Positions 62,122 to 64,000 of a stretch of 64,000 nt of DNA are shown one piece after another. Every line of letters begins with the position of its first letter. Position 1 is the stretch's first letter. Origin of the DNA: Thermotogota bacterium (GTDB lineage: Bacteria; Hydrothermota; Hydrothermia; LBFQ01). The notes beneath the pieces are model-generated. The model worked only from the letters and a program-made list of their open reading frames with translations, had not been told where the DNA came from and did no database searches. A program made the position numbers and the translations under genes. The DNA lies in contig JAADDJ010000016.1 in NCBI GenBank assembly GCA_013153965.1, positions 23,530 to 87,529 of the forward strand, written 5' to 3'.

Positions 62122-63027
62122 TCATCGGAGGTTGGTCTCCCCCATCACCTCCTCGTACGTCGGGGCGTAAGCGCCCAGTCGGGAGACGGTTATTGAGGCG
62201 GCCTTGGAGGCTATCTCACCAGTCCTCTTCCAATCGTACCCCCGGAGGCGGGCCCATACCACCCAAGCCAGAACCGTGTCGCCGGCTCCGGTTATATCTA
62301 TAACGTCCCTCTTGAGGGCCGGAATGTAGAACTCCCCCTCGTTGGACACGATCCACATTCCCCTATCGCCCATGGTTGAGACCACCGCTCCGACCCCCAG
62401 CCTCTCGTAGGCCCTCTCCGTCGCCTCGCGCACCTCGTCTATATCCTCCAGAGGCATGTTCATGGCCTTCCGCAGCTCGCTCAAGTTGGGTTTGACTATG
62501 TCAAACCCTCCGGACTTCCAGAAGAGGGACTTGGGGTCTATCGCCTTCAGGGAATTGGGGAAATTGTCCTTCACGAAGTCCAGAGTCTCCTCAATCACGG
62601 TCCCCTTGTCGTAGTTGGAGACTATCACCGCGTCGTAGTCCCTTACCCTCACCATATCCAGCAGAGCCAGAGCCTCCTCCCGAAGGAACTTCTCCTCGTA
62701 GTCTATACGCAGGACGTGATGATACTTGGACAGGAGGCGGGTCTTCTTTAGGGTGCGCAGTTTGCTCCTATAGAAGCGGGGGACGATATTCACGCTCTGG
62801 CACAGCAGCTCCACCTCCTCGCCGTCGCTGTCCTCCCCCACTATCCCGTAAAGATACACCTGAACGCCCAGACGGGCCAGATTCAGGGCGACGTTGGCCG
62901 CCCCCCCGGGGAGGAACTTGCTGCTGACGTAGTGGAAGACGGGAACGGGAGCCTCCGGAGATATACGCTCCACCTTTCCGAAGGCGTACTCGTCCAACAT
63001 CACGTCCCCGATAACGGCTATCCTCAT
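62122..63027 (-). CDS. hldA: D-glycero-beta-D-manno-heptose-7-phosphate kinase-like (PfkB family, RfaE domain I type)
   Basis: MRIAVIGDVMLDEYAFGKVERISPEAPVPV..GGAANVALNLARLG and C-terminal DITGAGDTV. No adenylyltransferase domain is attached. Confidence 0.65.
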   Translation of the reverse strand: MRIAVIGDVMLDEYAFGKVERISPEAPVPVFHYVSSKFLPGGAANVALNLARLGVQVYLYGIVGEDSDGEEVELLCQSVNIVPRFYRSKLRTLKKTRLLSKYHHVLRIDYEEKFLREEALALLDMVRVRDYDAVIVSNYDKGTVIEETLDFVKDNFPNSLKAIDPKSLFWKSGGFDIVKPNLSELRKAMNMPLEDIDEVREATERAYERLGVGAVVSTMGDRGMWIVSNEGEFYIPALKRDVIDITGAGDTVLAWVVWARLRGYDWKRTGEIASKAASITVSRLGAYAPTYEEVMGETNLR

Positions 63028-63036
63028 CGGAGGTCC

Positions 63037-63042
63037 ATTTTA
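63037..63042 (-). promoter_or_regulatory. -10 box TAAAAT, 9 nt upstream of ATG 63027 (leaderless-type)
   Basis: The minus strand reads GTCCTTAAAATGGACCTCCG-ATG. Confidence 0.45.
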
Positions 63043-63064
63043 AGGACGAACTCAATCGGCGAGA

Positions 63065-63084
63065 TTTGTCGTGCGGGCGACAAA
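63065..63084. other. 7-bp perfect inverted repeat (TTTGTCG-n6-CGACAAA)
   Basis: It lies in the 132-nt spacer between the wHTH paralog 3' end and the hldA-like start. It may be a hairpin or an operator. No U-tract follows on either strand. Confidence 0.3.
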
Positions 63085-63159
63085 ATCCCCTTGAAAGCCG
63101 TCGGGCTACCCTCTTAAAATACCGTGGGAGGTGAGGGGTATATTTCGGATGTGCTCCCG

Positions 63160-64000
63160 CTAAAATGCCCCTTCCCTCCCGCCCTCTATCATCATCCTCC
63201 TGAGGACCTTCGCCCACTCCTCCCTCTCCTCATCCAAGAAGGTGCGAAAGGCGCGGGAGATTGCTATATCCGAGGGAACGTGGAGATAGGGCTTTATGTA
63301 GCGCATGTACTCGGCTATCCTACGCTTCGGGGCCCTGCTGTGGGGGAATATGAGATGGGCGTTCGCCTTCAGGAATTCCAAGCCCACCGTACGATAGAAG
63401 GCCAACATCACGAGGGCCTTTCTCCGTGGGAGCTCAATCTCCTCCACCCCCCGCATCAATCTAAGTCGTCCGGAGAAGGAGAGATAGACCTCCCTCCTCG
63501 CCACCTTGGACATGTACCAAAACAGATACTCAAGACCGGCGAAGTCCCCATTCTCAACCTCCGGACGTTTCGGAGGGCGCTCGGCGAATCTCCTCGCTAT
63601 GCCGTGAAGTACGGTCATGTAGGGTACATCGCCGGGGGGAGCCGGCGATACGTCGGGAAAGTACATCCTCTCGTAGGCTTTGAACATCTCGCCGTAGCGT
63701 CTCAGTCCGAGACTTTCGGCCGCCATGCGCGCTATACGCAGGTCAAAGGGTTTTCCCGAGAGGGCGGCGCCGAGTCCCTTGAAGGCCAGAGCCACCTGGT
63801 ACATACCCCTATCAACTATCCCGTCTATGAGACCGGGAAGTCTCTCGTCTATGACGTACAGCTTCCCCGCGTACAGGTCCCGGAAGGTCGTGAGCCACCG
63901 AACTATGAATTCCTCCCAAGAGGATGAGGGGGTCGGCGGTGGGTAGAATTTGCCCATCACGGTGTGAATCTGGTAGAGTATCCTGTCGCGCACGAAATCC
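63160..64000 (-). CDS. Paralog of 795-1937: hypothetical protein with C-terminal SARP/OmpR-like winged helix (5' end probably beyond window)
   Basis: The C-terminal 130 aa align with 795-1937 (YLFWYMSKVARREVYLSFSGRLRLMRG vs YALWWYVSKRVNRETYLSFAGRLRLMGG). The alignment offset suggests ~100 more N-terminal residues outside the window. The first in-window ATG is at 63993. Confidence 0.55.
   Translation of the reverse strand, partial: DFVRDRILYQIHTVMGKFYPPPTPSSSWEEFIVRWLTTFRDLYAGKLYVIDERLPGLIDGIVDRGMYQVALAFKGLGAALSGKPFDLRIARMAAESLGLRRYGEMFKAYERMYFPDVSPAPPGDVPYMTVLHGIARRFAERPPKRPEVENGDFAGLEYLFWYMSKVARREVYLSFSGRLRLMRGVEEIELPRRKALVMLAFYRTVGLEFLKANAHLIFPHSRAPKRRIAEYMRYIKPYLHVPSDIAISRAFRTFLDEEREEWAKVLRRMMIEGGREGAF

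Noticed and set aside
63124-63927. Plus-strand 267-aa ORF behind a TAAAAT box
   Set aside because: The opposite-strand ORF is supported by clear paralogy to 795-1937, whereas this frame has no recognisable features. It is kept only as a possible antisense-promoter observation.

Overview
This is a very compact, GC-rich bacterial chromosomal segment with about 70 genes. Intergenic spacers are mostly under 100 nt, and there are many 4-47 nt gene overlaps, including convergent 3' overlaps. Codon and amino-acid usage look thermophile-like by eye: frequent AGG/AGA and ATA codons, and proteins rich in E/K/R/Y/V. The core of the window is translation/transcription housekeeping. One array on the minus strand is rplM-rpsI-rpsB-tsf, then tRNA-Trp-rpmG-secE-nusG-rplKAJL-rpoBC (39939 down to 25124). 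A second is tuf-S10 operon-rplN-rplX (61971 down to 55011). Around these lie metabolic and envelope genes: cdaA-cdaR, trm1, mtaB, gatA, mscL, thiE, nnr, sufC, icd, nrdJ, ptrB, arcC and murA. At least four secreted proteins share a T9SS-type C-terminal sorting domain, which suggests, as inference only, an uncultivated thermophilic relative of the FCB-type phyla. I saw no transposases, integrases, CRISPR arrays, prophage genes or recognisable defence genes. The points most worth a second look are these. (1) A TAnAAT box sits 6-11 nt upstream of the start codon at about 18 operon heads, implying widespread leaderless mRNAs, some with GTG/TTG starts. (2) Two CDS starts (rpmG, murA) lie 2-3 nt after a tRNA 3' end. 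(3) A four-gene operon encodes three CxxC thioredoxin-fold proteins plus a beta-barrel. (4) EF-Tu is canonical except that the universal switch-I RGITI motif is replaced. (5) RpoB and NusG carry large lineage-specific insertions. (6) There is a UbiA prenyltransferase fusion protein. (7) A pair of paralogous proteins with a C-terminal winged helix lies at the two window edges. All coordinates of small motifs were counted by hand, and all homology statements come from motif recognition, not database searches.
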